From positions 32,001 to 96,000 of the IMG/VR virus record IMGVR_UViG_3300037400_006508: DNA of 64,000 nucleotides. One strand, given 5' to 3'. Below, one piece after another: positions 35,548-44,699 of the stretch; the stretch's first letter is position 1, and every line of letters starts with the position of its first letter. The notes under the pieces are model-generated. The model searched no databases and had not been told where the DNA came from. It saw only the letters and a list, made by a program, of their open reading frames with translations. The translations under genes were made by a program, and so were the position numbers. This DNA is from a virus (taxonomy: Duplodnaviria; Caudoviricetes).

Positions 35548-38211
35548 ATGGCCGCAACACAGAACGCAAATCCATTCTCCGGAGGGGGATACGACTCGAT
35601 GCCGGATGCCTACAAGTATCCTAATCCGTTCTGCGACATAGCAAGCTTCTACACGCCGAACAATCTGAGCGACGCGTTCGAGTACATGGAGTTCCTGTTC
35701 CTTACGATGCCGCCGTTCATGGCGGTCACGAACAGGGTCGTTTCGTACTTCCTGACGGATATCGAGGTCAACGACGTGTCCGACGACGTTCGCGACAAGT
35801 ACGAGGACATCTTCGACGACAAGCTGCACATGATCCAGCGCCTGCAGGACATAGGCAAGGACTACTTCTGCTTCGGCGGGGACACGAAGGTCGTCACGCA
35901 CGAGGGATCGGTGCCGATACGGGATCTGGCCGGCAGGACCGTCCAGGTCCTTTCCATAGACGGGAAGTGGCATCCGGCCAGGTTCAGGTCGTACGGCGTG
36001 CAGCCGACGGTCGAGATAGAGTTCGGGACCGGAGTCAGGGTCAGGGCGACGAAGGAGCACGAATGGTGGGTGTCCAGACGGTACGGTTCGGAGCTGTCCA
36101 AGGTCACCACGGGCGAGATCAGAAAGTCACATCTAGTCCCGTACCAGCAGCCGCCAAGGCCCCGTCAGGGCAACAATTACGTCAGGGGCGCCCTCCACGG
36201 AATCGTCTTCGGGCTGAACAAGCCGGTGCTTGCGGGACATGAGCTCGAGTTCCTCGAGAACTTCGAGGAGCAGAGCGGGCTGAAGGCCGACAAATCCATG
36301 CGGAAGATACCGGATCCGAAGGAGAAGGCCGAGTTCTGGTACGGATTCTTCAGCGGAATAGCGGCCGTGTGCGGCTACTTCCAGGGGTCGTCCAGGCAGT
36401 TCTTCATCACGAACCGCAGCGAGAAGGCCCTGAAGGCCCTCAAGGCGGGAGCCGCGAAGGCCCACATCAGGACCAGGGCCGTCGTCAAGCGCAGGATCTT
36501 CAACGACAACCTCCGCTACTACCTTCCGATCAACCTGGCCGATCTTCAGGAGGACGATTTCCTCTGCGGGGACCAGAAGGAGTCGTTCGTCAAGTTCAAG
36601 ACGCAGCCCCACCGCAAGTACACGACGATCCGGTCGATCGGAACGGAGTGGAAGGAAGAGGAGGTGTTCTGCTGCGTCGAGCCGGATACGCATACGTTCA
36701 CGCTTGACGGCGGCGTGGTGACCGGAAACTGCTACGGAAACTCGTTCGTATCGCTGTACCTGCCGTTCGAGAGGTACCTGTGCTGCCCCAAATGCTTCAC
36801 GCAGTACAAGATAGACAATCTGAAGTACGAGTTCGACTCCAACAACGGGGAGTTCAAGGCCTATTGCCCGAAGTGCAAGGACAAGATGGTCATGAAGCGC
36901 GTCGACAGGCGCCTCCACGACCCTTCCAAGGTGCAGGTGATTCGCTGGAACCCGAAGCGCATCAAGCTGAAGGTGCACGACATCTCGGGCCAGGTCAAGT
37001 ACTACTACAAGCTGGACCCGAAGTTCGTGGACCATATCAGGAAGGGAGATCCGTTCTACCTCAACACGACCCAGTGGGGCTTCGTCGAGACGTGTCTCGG
37101 CAAGAAGTCCGGCTCCGAGGGCGAGCATCTGTTCGAGTTCGAGGACGACCAGATCTTCCATCTCAGGGACACGGTGTTCGCCGGTCTGTCCGACAAGATA
37201 AAGGGGTGGGCCATTCCGCCCCTGCTTCCGTATTTCAAGCTGGCGTACTACATCCAGCTCATGCGCCGCTACGACGAGGCGATCGCGCTGGACTTCATCG
37301 TACCTTTCCGGATCCTGTACCCGCAGGGGCAGGCCCCGGGCGGGCAGGACCCGCTCACGATGGTGTCCATGCAGACCTTCGTCGCCGCCATGTCGTCCAT
37401 GGTGGAGAAGAAGCGCAAGAACATGACCTCGATCGAGGTGTCGCCGTTCGCGATCGGCTACGAGATGATCGGCGGCGAGGCGCAGCAGCTTTCGCCGAAG
37501 GACAACATCCAGAACGCGGAGCAGGAGCTGCTCAACGCGATGGGATTCCCGCAGGAGCTGTTCGCGGGCACGCTTTCGCTGCAGGCCGCCCCGGTGGCCC
37601 TTCGTCTGTTCGAGCGCGAGTGGAACCCGTTCGTGGACGGAATGAACTCCGTTCTGCAGTGGATGACGGACGCGATCGCCAAGTACTTCATGTGGGACCA
37701 GGCGAAGGTCAGGCTGACGCCGATCACGCTCGCCGACGACATGGAGAAGAAGGGCATCATGCTGCAGATGGCCGCCGGCCAGCAGCTGTCCAACCAGACG
37801 GCGTTCCGTGCTCTCGGGTACGACTACCTCAAGGAGCAGGAGCGCATCATCCAGGAGCAGCAGGACGTCCAGAAGCTCCAGCAGAAGGCCATGGCGGAGG
37901 CCCAGGCCGAGCAGGCCAACGGCGCCATGGGCGGCTCGGGCGAGGGCGGCGCGGACGACAGCGGCATGAACGGTCCCGGCGGCAGCGTCGGGGCCACGCC
38001 AGGCTCCATCGAGGAGCAGGCGTCCCAGATCGCGCAGAACCTCGTCATGGCGAACAACCCGACGCAGTCCAGGCAGACGCTCGCTTCCGTCGAGCAGACG
38101 AATCCGACGCTGTACGCCATGGTAAAGGCCAAGATGCAGGAGATGCGGCAGCAGCTGTCGTCGGACGGGAAGCAGATGATGATACAGCAGATGCAGCAGC
38201 AGGGCGGGTAG
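35548..38211 (+). CDS. phage portal protein containing an intein
   Basis: Spliced junction DYF-CYGNSFV resembles the portal D..xYGNxF motif; GWAIPP and LNAMGFPQELF motifs; Gln/Gly-rich tail; heads the structural cluster. Confidence 0.8.
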   Translation: MAATQNANPFSGGGYDSMPDAYKYPNPFCDIASFYTPNNLSDAFEYMEFLFLTMPPFMAVTNRVVSYFLTDIEVNDVSDDVRDKYEDIFDDKLHMIQRLQDIGKDYFCFGGDTKVVTHEGSVPIRDLAGRTVQVLSIDGKWHPARFRSYGVQPTVEIEFGTGVRVRATKEHEWWVSRRYGSELSKVTTGEIRKSHLVPYQQPPRPRQGNNYVRGALHGIVFGLNKPVLAGHELEFLENFEEQSGLKADKSMRKIPDPKEKAEFWYGFFSGIAAVCGYFQGSSRQFFITNRSEKALKALKAGAAKAHIRTRAVVKRRIFNDNLRYYLPINLADLQEDDFLCGDQKESFVKFKTQPHRKYTTIRSIGTEWKEEEVFCCVEPDTHTFTLDGGVVTGNCYGNSFVSLYLPFERYLCCPKCFTQYKIDNLKYEFDSNNGEFKAYCPKCKDKMVMKRVDRRLHDPSKVQVIRWNPKRIKLKVHDISGQVKYYYKLDPKFVDHIRKGDPFYLNTTQWGFVETCLGKKSGSEGEHLFEFEDDQIFHLRDTVFAGLSDKIKGWAIPPLLPYFKLAYYIQLMRRYDEAIALDFIVPFRILYPQGQAPGGQDPLTMVSMQTFVAAMSSMVEKKRKNMTSIEVSPFAIGYEMIGGEAQQLSPKDNIQNAEQELLNAMGFPQELFAGTLSLQAAPVALRLFEREWNPFVDGMNSVLQWMTDAIAKYFMWDQAKVRLTPITLADDMEKKGIMLQMAAGQQLSNQTAFRALGYDYLKEQERIIQEQQDVQKLQQKAMAEAQAEQANGAMGGSGEGGADDSGMNGPGGSVGATPGSIEEQASQIAQNLVMANNPTQSRQTLASVEQTNPTLYAMVKAKMQEMRQQLSSDGKQMMIQQMQQQGG
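35869..36729 (+). mobile_element. intein (287 aa) with degenerate LAGLIDADG-like domain
   Basis: Block A CFGGDTKV, block B RATKEHEW, blocks F/G VFCCVEPDTHTFTLDGGVVTGN then C+1. Confidence 0.9.
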
Positions 38212-38212
38212 C

Positions 38213-39004
38213 ATGAACGATCTTAGATGGCTTGAAAGGGCGGTTGATTCGTTCATTGAAAAGAGGGCTGATATTGAGAAGAAAGCCGATCCCCCCTTTA
38301 GAGGATTGAATGCCACGAATCCGTTAAAGAGATTTGTGTATAAGAAATATGGGTACGTACCGCAAGCCCCAATGACGTATCTCAGTACCCCTGATCAGAA
38401 GAGGGACTATAGGGATATGGTGAACGAAGTAGATTTTTTCGAGAAAAAACAGCCTTGGTACAATAAGGAGAACCCAACGCCGGAACAGAGGGCCGCACGA
38501 TTTGATCTTGACAGGGCAACCGGAAATGTGGGCAGCAGCTACACATCCAGATACGTTTCCATGGATTTGAACCGGGACTTTAAAGAAGGTCCGTGGGTTG
38601 TTCTTGGGTCGTATCCATCTTCCGAATCAGGTCTTAGACACGAGGTAGGCCATTATATGGACGATTTGAACTCCGGCGACCCGGAGAAGTTTTTTATGGA
38701 TACCAATCGAGTTGACAAAGAGACAAGAGCGTGGGATCTGGCAGGAATAGCGGCCGGCAATCCGCTTAGGGAAGCATGCCTAGACACGTATAGACTGGCT
38801 AAGAATCCTGAAAATTTTGTAGAGAAGGACAAACCTTTGCATAAAACTTTATCCAATCTTGTAGACAGGGTTAATGAAGAAGAAAGAAAGGTATATCGGC
38901 ATCCAGAAACGTACATTGACAAGTATAAGACTAATGGCATACCGGTAGTATATGACTATAATTCCGCATTGGAAGCGTCCAGAAATGGGTACGGTATACA
39001 TTGA
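38213..39004 (+). CDS. HExxH zincin-like protein with K-x-A leader (AT-richer)
   Basis: LRHEVGH...KETRAW...CLDTY; N-terminus ...FIEKRADIEKKA. Confidence 0.75.
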   Translation: MNDLRWLERAVDSFIEKRADIEKKADPPFRGLNATNPLKRFVYKKYGYVPQAPMTYLSTPDQKRDYRDMVNEVDFFEKKQPWYNKENPTPEQRAARFDLDRATGNVGSSYTSRYVSMDLNRDFKEGPWVVLGSYPSSESGLRHEVGHYMDDLNSGDPEKFFMDTNRVDKETRAWDLAGIAAGNPLREACLDTYRLAKNPENFVEKDKPLHKTLSNLVDRVNEEERKVYRHPETYIDKYKTNGIPVVYDYNSALEASRNGYGIH

Positions 39005-39028
39005 CTTCTATTTAAGTGATTCTACGAT
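39001..39028 (+). promoter_or_regulatory. sigma70-like promoter
   Basis: TTGACT-N16-TACGAT. Confidence 0.55.
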
Positions 39029-39041
39029 AGCATAGCTGACG

Positions 39042-39146
39042 ATGAGCGCGGACTACGAAACGTATCTGATGGCCATAGTTTTTTCAGCCCTTGCGATAGC
39101 GATACTGCTCGATTTCTTCGATGACAACAACGGGAGGTTCGGATGA
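39042..39146 (+). CDS. 34-aa single-TM peptide coupled to the metacaspase
   Basis: MSADYETYLMAIVFSALAIAILLDFFDDNNGRFG; ATGA overlap with next gene; absent from ORF track. Confidence 0.6.
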   Translation: MSADYETYLMAIVFSALAIAILLDFFDDNNGRFG

Positions 39147-40003
39147 CTTTGGTCGAATGGGTTAAGGCGTTCCTGAAAGGGGATGTCGAGTCTACCGACG
39201 ACGTTTTCGCCGTTTGCGTCGGCATGGAGTCCAGCCGCAGCGCCGGATCCTGCCCGGGCGCCGGCGTCGACGCCCTCAGGATGAGGGATCTGCTCGGCAG
39301 GCACGCGAAGGCGGGGCTGAAGCTGCTGACAAACTCGCAGGCCACAGCGTCCGCGGTCAAGGCGGCTCTGTCGGAGGCTTTGGGCCACAAGCTGGCGATC
39401 TTATTCTACTCTGGCCACGGAGGCAGGGACGAGAAGGACAAGAACGCCGCGTTCGACCCGGACATGAGGGACGAGTACCTGTGCCTGTACGACAAAATGA
39501 TGCGGGACGACGAGGTGTGGTCGATCCTGCAGCAGGCCAAGGGACGCGTCGTGTGCATATTCGACTGCTGCCATTCCGGAACCATGTATAGATCTGCGGC
39601 CGTCGACGGCGGTTCGAGGTTCGAGATCGGCGGATACCCGTTTACGCTCAGGAAGTACAAGAGTTCTCTCGACATGGAGATGGAGACCCTCAGGAACCAG
39701 GCCGCCGACAACGCGGATGTCGGCATGTCCCACGAGGAGATCGAGCGGATCTACAGCAGGGGATGCGCGTACATACGCAGTACCACGCCGGATCTTCTTG
39801 TCTGGAGCGCATGCCAGGAGAACGAGTATTCCTACGGGGCCGGCACGGGAGGAATCTTCACGAATGCGCTTCTTTCCGCGTACGGCAAGGACAGAAGCTA
39901 CGGTTCCGTGTGGAAAAGGATATGCGGCAGGATGAAGAGGGAGCCCAATACGCCGGTCAGGACCGTATTCGGCAAAGGCTTTGGAGGAAAGGTGTTCAGA
40001 TGA
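39143..40003 (+). CDS. metacaspase / caspase-like peptidase C14
   Basis: Catalytic dyad motifs FYSGHGG and IFDCCHSG; WSACQENEYSY, GIFTNALL. Confidence 0.92.
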   Translation: MTLVEWVKAFLKGDVESTDDVFAVCVGMESSRSAGSCPGAGVDALRMRDLLGRHAKAGLKLLTNSQATASAVKAALSEALGHKLAILFYSGHGGRDEKDKNAAFDPDMRDEYLCLYDKMMRDDEVWSILQQAKGRVVCIFDCCHSGTMYRSAAVDGGSRFEIGGYPFTLRKYKSSLDMEMETLRNQAADNADVGMSHEEIERIYSRGCAYIRSTTPDLLVWSACQENEYSYGAGTGGIFTNALLSAYGKDRSYGSVWKRICGRMKREPNTPVRTVFGKGFGGKVFR

Positions 40004-40224
40004 GCGAGGAGAATGAGAAGACGCGTGGCGTGGTAGAGGTCTTCGGCAGGAACATCCTGCGCGGTCCGCTTCTTTCGTCCGACGACGCCACGACGATCGT
40101 CATACGGAAGAGGGATGGGAAGCCCATGGCCCTGTTCGCCAGACTGGTCGACGACACGTGGGCCTTCGGCAACGAGGGCGATTCCGACTGGGAGAACGTG
40201 AAGGCCAGGTTTGGAGTTTCCTAG
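40000..40224 (+). CDS. small hypothetical protein
   Basis: ATGA overlap with metacaspase stop. Confidence 0.7.
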   Translation: MSEENEKTRGVVEVFGRNILRGPLLSSDDATTIVIRKRDGKPMALFARLVDDTWAFGNEGDSDWENVKARFGVS

Positions 40225-40239
40225 GCATTTTGGTATCAT
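40211..40239 (+). promoter_or_regulatory. possible promoter for a leaderless LysM transcript
   Basis: TTGGAG-N17-TATCAT with TGn; ATG 8 nt downstream. Confidence 0.4.
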
Positions 40240-40246
40240 GGGGCAA

Positions 40247-40570
40247 ATGTCAGAGGCATACAGGACTGGATTCTACGCGAAGTGCGCCGAGGCCGGCATC
40301 GATCCGATGCTGGCCGACGTTTTGTACAAAGCCGCCGAGAACGGGGACCCGAACATCGCCAGGGCCACCGAGATATTCAAGGACTATCTGACGAACAGGA
40401 GGGTTTGCGTACGGAACGGAGAGACGCTCTCCGGGATAGCCAGCCGCAACGGAAAGAGCCTCCAGGAGGTCATGGAGGCCAATGGGATGTCTTCGCCGTA
40501 CGTGAAGCCCGGCCAGGTGCTGAAGATCCCTCTGATGTCGGTAGGAAAGGCGGGTAGGGATGCCACCTAA
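40247..40570 (+). CDS. LysM protein with conserved N-terminal leader
   Basis: VRNGETLSGIASRNGKSLQEVMEANGM...PGQVLKIP; leader YRTGFYAKCAEAG...YKAA. Confidence 0.85.
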   Translation: MSEAYRTGFYAKCAEAGIDPMLADVLYKAAENGDPNIARATEIFKDYLTNRRVCVRNGETLSGIASRNGKSLQEVMEANGMSSPYVKPGQVLKIPLMSVGKAGRDAT

Positions 40571-40793
40571 CAGGAAACTCGGGTACATACCGTTCGCGGA
40601 GCGGATGCTTACGAAGGTCGACATCGACAAGATGTTCGACGATCTCCGCGATGAAATACAGGAGCAATTCGACAAGATCGAGGTCATAACCGATCCGGAG
40701 CCCAACACAGTATACGAGATGTTGGCCAGGCAGGACAAGCTGGTCGCGAACCTGAACCAGCTTGCCGAATTCGGGGGCGACACCAACAACTAG
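40560..40793 (+). CDS. small hypothetical protein
   Basis: Overlaps LysM gene; precedes tail fibre. Confidence 0.7.
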   Translation: MPPNRKLGYIPFAERMLTKVDIDKMFDDLRDEIQEQFDKIEVITDPEPNTVYEMLARQDKLVANLNQLAEFGGDTNN

Positions 40794-40804
40794 GAGTCTT
40801 CAAG

Positions 40805-42862
40805 ATGCCACAGGAACTTGGAAACATACTTCTTAACACAACGATCCTCAACAAGGTCGAGGTATCGGGCGTAATCGCAGACACCATAAACAAGGTCGAA
40901 AACCTCGTTGCGGAGGCCGTGTCGACCGCATGGAAGGCCGGAGGGTCGCAGCCGGCGTCCGCTTTTAGCAGCAATACGCTGTTGACGGAGGCTAACGAGG
41001 GCAAGGTGTACAACCTGTCCGACGCCCTTACGATAACGGACCAGAACAAGCAGTACTTCACCGAGAACGCGGCGGGAACCTACCCGGCCGGCACGAACGT
41101 GGCCGTCATCCAGACCACGCCTCCGGTGTACGCGGCCGCATCCGGTACCGCCGTATCCGGTACGAAGTATTATTCTAAGATGGGAAATTTCTACACGGAG
41201 GTTCCGGTACCCGCCGGGGAATCCGTGGAGGGATTGTATATACGTACCTCGCAGCCCGTGTACAAGTACGACGTTCTTGCCGGTACCGACGCCGCCAACG
41301 TCAAGCAGATAAACGTAGGCAGTTCCGCGTATCCGTATTATCCGCAGAACGGCGTTATAACGATACCGATCGCCAGCGGAGTGGAGGGCAGCACCAAGGT
41401 CGACGGGTTCATGTCTTCCGGCCAGGCGACAAAGCTCGATGAAATCGAATCTGGAGCCAACGTAGGTTTTAACGATATATTTACGGACAGTTCATCCGAC
41501 GTCGTTGCGTCCAGTGACGATACCGCGATGGCTATCAGCGGAGAAGGCGGAATCTATACATACAGTGGATCTTCGAATCATTCGCTTCCAACAGTCGTAA
41601 TAAAGGCCAAGGAAGCGACGGAATCGTCTCCTGGCGTAGTAACGCTAGCATCGTCAAACACGTATGAGTGGTCAACCAGCGCAGCGGGCGTTGCAACAGC
41701 GTCCGATGTTGTTTACTATGTTGAGAACTATGTTAGCGACTATAATAATAGTCTTGGAAGGTTTGACGAGCTTACAGTAAACTATGCGGATCCAAACCAC
41801 CCGGGGCAGACTACTTCAAGCTCCCTTTCCACCAGCGGTGGAAACACGCTTGCGGTAACACTTGGTGAAAATATGACGGCAAGCAACTTCTATGACGGTC
41901 ATGACGATACCGACAGACTCGTCACCATAGACGCCATTGTACCGGTCAAGAAGGTCAAGGTCGCCGGATCCGCCAACAGCATTTCACCCGACGCAAGCGG
42001 AAGGGTCACAATCCCGTCGGGAACAACGTCAGCCAGGGGCGTTGTCAAGCTGTACACAAGCGCGTATGGAAGCAATACCGACGGTGCCGTGACGCAGAAG
42101 GCCGTATCGGGCGCGATAAAAGGGCTTAGGAATTTTTCCAAAATTACCGTATTTTCCGATCCGAACGGCGACACTTACAGCTCTGGAGATTTGATTCCAG
42201 ATTCAAATGCATCTCAGCTTAACGTTACTCTTGACAGACCGCTTACCGTATCGAGCCTGTCAAGCTATGAGGTTGTTATTGGCGTCGTTAACGCGACATC
42301 GTCGGCTCCTGGCGCCATGAAGCTGTATCCTTCGGCAAACGGAACGAACAAGGACGGAGCCGTGACGCAGAGCGGAGTGAAGGCGATAGCGGATTCGGTA
42401 ACGGCGCTGCGCAACTACAGCCAGATCACAGCGAAGTATCAAAAATGGAACTCAGGTGGAACAGCCGTGGAATGGGTTTCTGGTTCCATAACTCCGGTAA
42501 CAAACTCGTCCACTATTGCCGTATACGGTGTTGAGTCGGTACAGGTGTCTTCCAGTTCTAATACCGCCATAGCCATTTCTGTCGCAAGACCGGATAGCGA
42601 ACACGGTTGGCCTGGCGTTGTGACGCTGGAAGACGCCGTAGAGTCTAGTTCAGGTGCAAACAAAGGCATTGCGGCATCGCCGTTGATGGTTACAAACTCC
42701 ACGGCCACCCGTGTAAAGAAGAGCATCACGCTCTCTGGACTCCGCCAGGTGTCGAACGACACGCAGACCCCGATTCCCGCGTCGATCAACTCCACCGACA
42801 TACCGAACACGCTCTACGGACTCATCAAGGCGCTCAAGTTCGCCGCCAACCACGCGAGCTAA
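40805..42862 (+). CDS. tail fibre protein
   Basis: Ser/Thr-rich; four fibre repeats such as ATESSPGVVTL and GTTSARGVVKLYTSAYGSNTDGAVTQKAV. Confidence 0.8.
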   Translation: MPQELGNILLNTTILNKVEVSGVIADTINKVENLVAEAVSTAWKAGGSQPASAFSSNTLLTEANEGKVYNLSDALTITDQNKQYFTENAAGTYPAGTNVAVIQTTPPVYAAASGTAVSGTKYYSKMGNFYTEVPVPAGESVEGLYIRTSQPVYKYDVLAGTDAANVKQINVGSSAYPYYPQNGVITIPIASGVEGSTKVDGFMSSGQATKLDEIESGANVGFNDIFTDSSSDVVASSDDTAMAISGEGGIYTYSGSSNHSLPTVVIKAKEATESSPGVVTLASSNTYEWSTSAAGVATASDVVYYVENYVSDYNNSLGRFDELTVNYADPNHPGQTTSSSLSTSGGNTLAVTLGENMTASNFYDGHDDTDRLVTIDAIVPVKKVKVAGSANSISPDASGRVTIPSGTTSARGVVKLYTSAYGSNTDGAVTQKAVSGAIKGLRNFSKITVFSDPNGDTYSSGDLIPDSNASQLNVTLDRPLTVSSLSSYEVVIGVVNATSSAPGAMKLYPSANGTNKDGAVTQSGVKAIADSVTALRNYSQITAKYQKWNSGGTAVEWVSGSITPVTNSSTIAVYGVESVQVSSSSNTAIAISVARPDSEHGWPGVVTLEDAVESSSGANKGIAASPLMVTNSTATRVKKSITLSGLRQVSNDTQTPIPASINSTDIPNTLYGLIKALKFAANHAS

Positions 42863-42885
42863 CGACACAACCAAAGGAAACGACC

Positions 42886-44307
42886 GTGGACATCCACGAA
42901 ATCTTCGAGAACGCGTACGTCGTGACGAACGGCGGCGAAAGGCTGGAGCAGTTCAAGTCCGTCTTCAAGGCGGCCGGGCTGCCCGAATGCAAGGAGTGGA
43001 GGGCCTGCATGATAAAGGGCGAGGGCCAGATGGGCAATTCCGTCTCGCAGTACTCGCTCGTAAGGCACGCCAAGGAGGCGAATCTTCCGTTCCTTGTCGT
43101 TTTCGAGGATGACGCGGTACCGTCGGACGATGCGGAGAAGGAGATCGTTTCCGCGTTCGAGAACAGGAAGGACGACTGCCTGTGCCTGACCCTTGGGTGG
43201 AGCTACGACTCAGACCCGGACGCTGGCGAGGACAAGTCCAAGCATAGGCGCGTGTACGGTTCCCACGCCTATGCACTGTTCGGGGAGAAGGCGTACGACG
43301 CATACGTTTCGCAGTGGCAGGAAAACGGTAGGGCGGATGTCGTCATATCGAAGATGGCCGGCGCGACCATGAATGGCAAGAACCTGTTCGCGCAGCATTC
43401 GGTCGGGGAGACGATACACCTTCCCCACGGATGGACGATCGATTCTGAGATGGAGCGCATGGTTGACAGGGAGGCCGGAGACAGGTTTTCGAAGGCAAGA
43501 GCCGCCGTTGATGCGGCAAAGGCCAAGGATACCATACACGTCGCGTACACGATCGACATCCAGGGCAAGGGCGCCCAGCAGTTCAACGACCAGCTGTACG
43601 TTTCCGCCAGGTCGCTCAAGCTGTCGAAGGCGAAGGATGACGACATCGTCGTCCATGTCATGTACAACGAGATCTCCGTCGACATGATGGAGCGTCTGCA
43701 CGCGCTGGAGTCCGACGGATTCAAGGTGGTGGGAAGGAAGCTTGCAAGGACGGACATGGACTACTGGCAGCAGTTCTCCAAGTACGACCCGGAGTCGCCG
43801 CAGAGGTCGTGGGGCGGCATTGTATATGCAAGGCTGTGGCTTCCGTTGCTTCTTCCTGACGTGAAGAGGTGCATATACCTGGATTCGGATACTTTGGTAA
43901 GGGCCAGCCTGAAGGATTTTTATTCGTCGGATCTGGAAGGGAAGCCGCTCGGCATGGTCATGGGCAGCATAGCCGAGTATGGGTACAATTCCGGTGTCAT
44001 GTTGATGGACCTGGAGGCCATGAGGTCGGATGGATCCGTCTACGGCAAGCTGGAGAAGTTCATGGCCGAGAACGCCAGGAAGTTCTATTGCCCCGACCAG
44101 ACCGTGATCAACAAGTTCTTCGAGGGCAGGATCAAGGAGTTCGGGCAGGAGTGGAACTACCCTCCGAACCAGGGCGTCGTGGACCAGTTCATGCCGAAGG
44201 CGAAGGTTCTTCATTTCTACAACGGCACGCAGAAGCCATACAATCTGTACGCGGACGACTTCGGCCGGTGCCTTGACGAATGGAACAGGATACTTCTGGG
44301 GAGGTAG
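42886..44307 (+). CDS. GT25-like plus GT8 fused glycosyltransferase
   Basis: FLVVFEDDAV...GSHAYAL (GT25-like); YARLWLP...IYLDSDTLV...YNSGVMLMDL...PDQTVIN...LHFYNGTQKPY (GT8). Confidence 0.88.
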   Translation: MDIHEIFENAYVVTNGGERLEQFKSVFKAAGLPECKEWRACMIKGEGQMGNSVSQYSLVRHAKEANLPFLVVFEDDAVPSDDAEKEIVSAFENRKDDCLCLTLGWSYDSDPDAGEDKSKHRRVYGSHAYALFGEKAYDAYVSQWQENGRADVVISKMAGATMNGKNLFAQHSVGETIHLPHGWTIDSEMERMVDREAGDRFSKARAAVDAAKAKDTIHVAYTIDIQGKGAQQFNDQLYVSARSLKLSKAKDDDIVVHVMYNEISVDMMERLHALESDGFKVVGRKLARTDMDYWQQFSKYDPESPQRSWGGIVYARLWLPLLLPDVKRCIYLDSDTLVRASLKDFYSSDLEGKPLGMVMGSIAEYGYNSGVMLMDLEAMRSDGSVYGKLEKFMAENARKFYCPDQTVINKFFEGRIKEFGQEWNYPPNQGVVDQFMPKAKVLHFYNGTQKPYNLYADDFGRCLDEWNRILLGR

Positions 44308-44308
44308 G

Positions 44309-44689
44309 ATGTCCAAGGAATACGCCGCATTTCAGCTCGACGAGCTCGTGCCGGAGGTATCCGACACGAGGTACACGATCTCCACACCGACGCAGACCAC
44401 ATCCGGTACTACCGTGTCGTTGACGTTGAACGACAAGTCGATCAACCAGGTGTCGCTGGCGCCAACCGTCACAGGTGTCACTGTTTCTTTCCCCGCGAAA
44501 GTTCCAGGTTACGCCAGGGACTTCTTCGTAAGGCTCGTGATCACCGGCACAACGGTTCCGGCCATCACGTGGCAGGAGGCCAACGGGGATCCGATCGACT
44601 TCGACGTGGACGACGACTCCTGGGCCGATATAGAGCAGGGCGTCAACATCCTGATGTTCACGGAGACGAGCCAGGCCGCACAGGCTTGA
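44309..44689 (+). CDS. beta-rich putative virion accessory protein
   Basis: ATG 44309 after GGAGGT; Thr/Val-rich. Confidence 0.7.
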   Translation: MSKEYAAFQLDELVPEVSDTRYTISTPTQTTSGTTVSLTLNDKSINQVSLAPTVTGVTVSFPAKVPGYARDFFVRLVITGTTVPAITWQEANGDPIDFDVDDDSWADIEQGVNILMFTETSQAAQA

Positions 44690-44699
44690 GGGGTGCACT

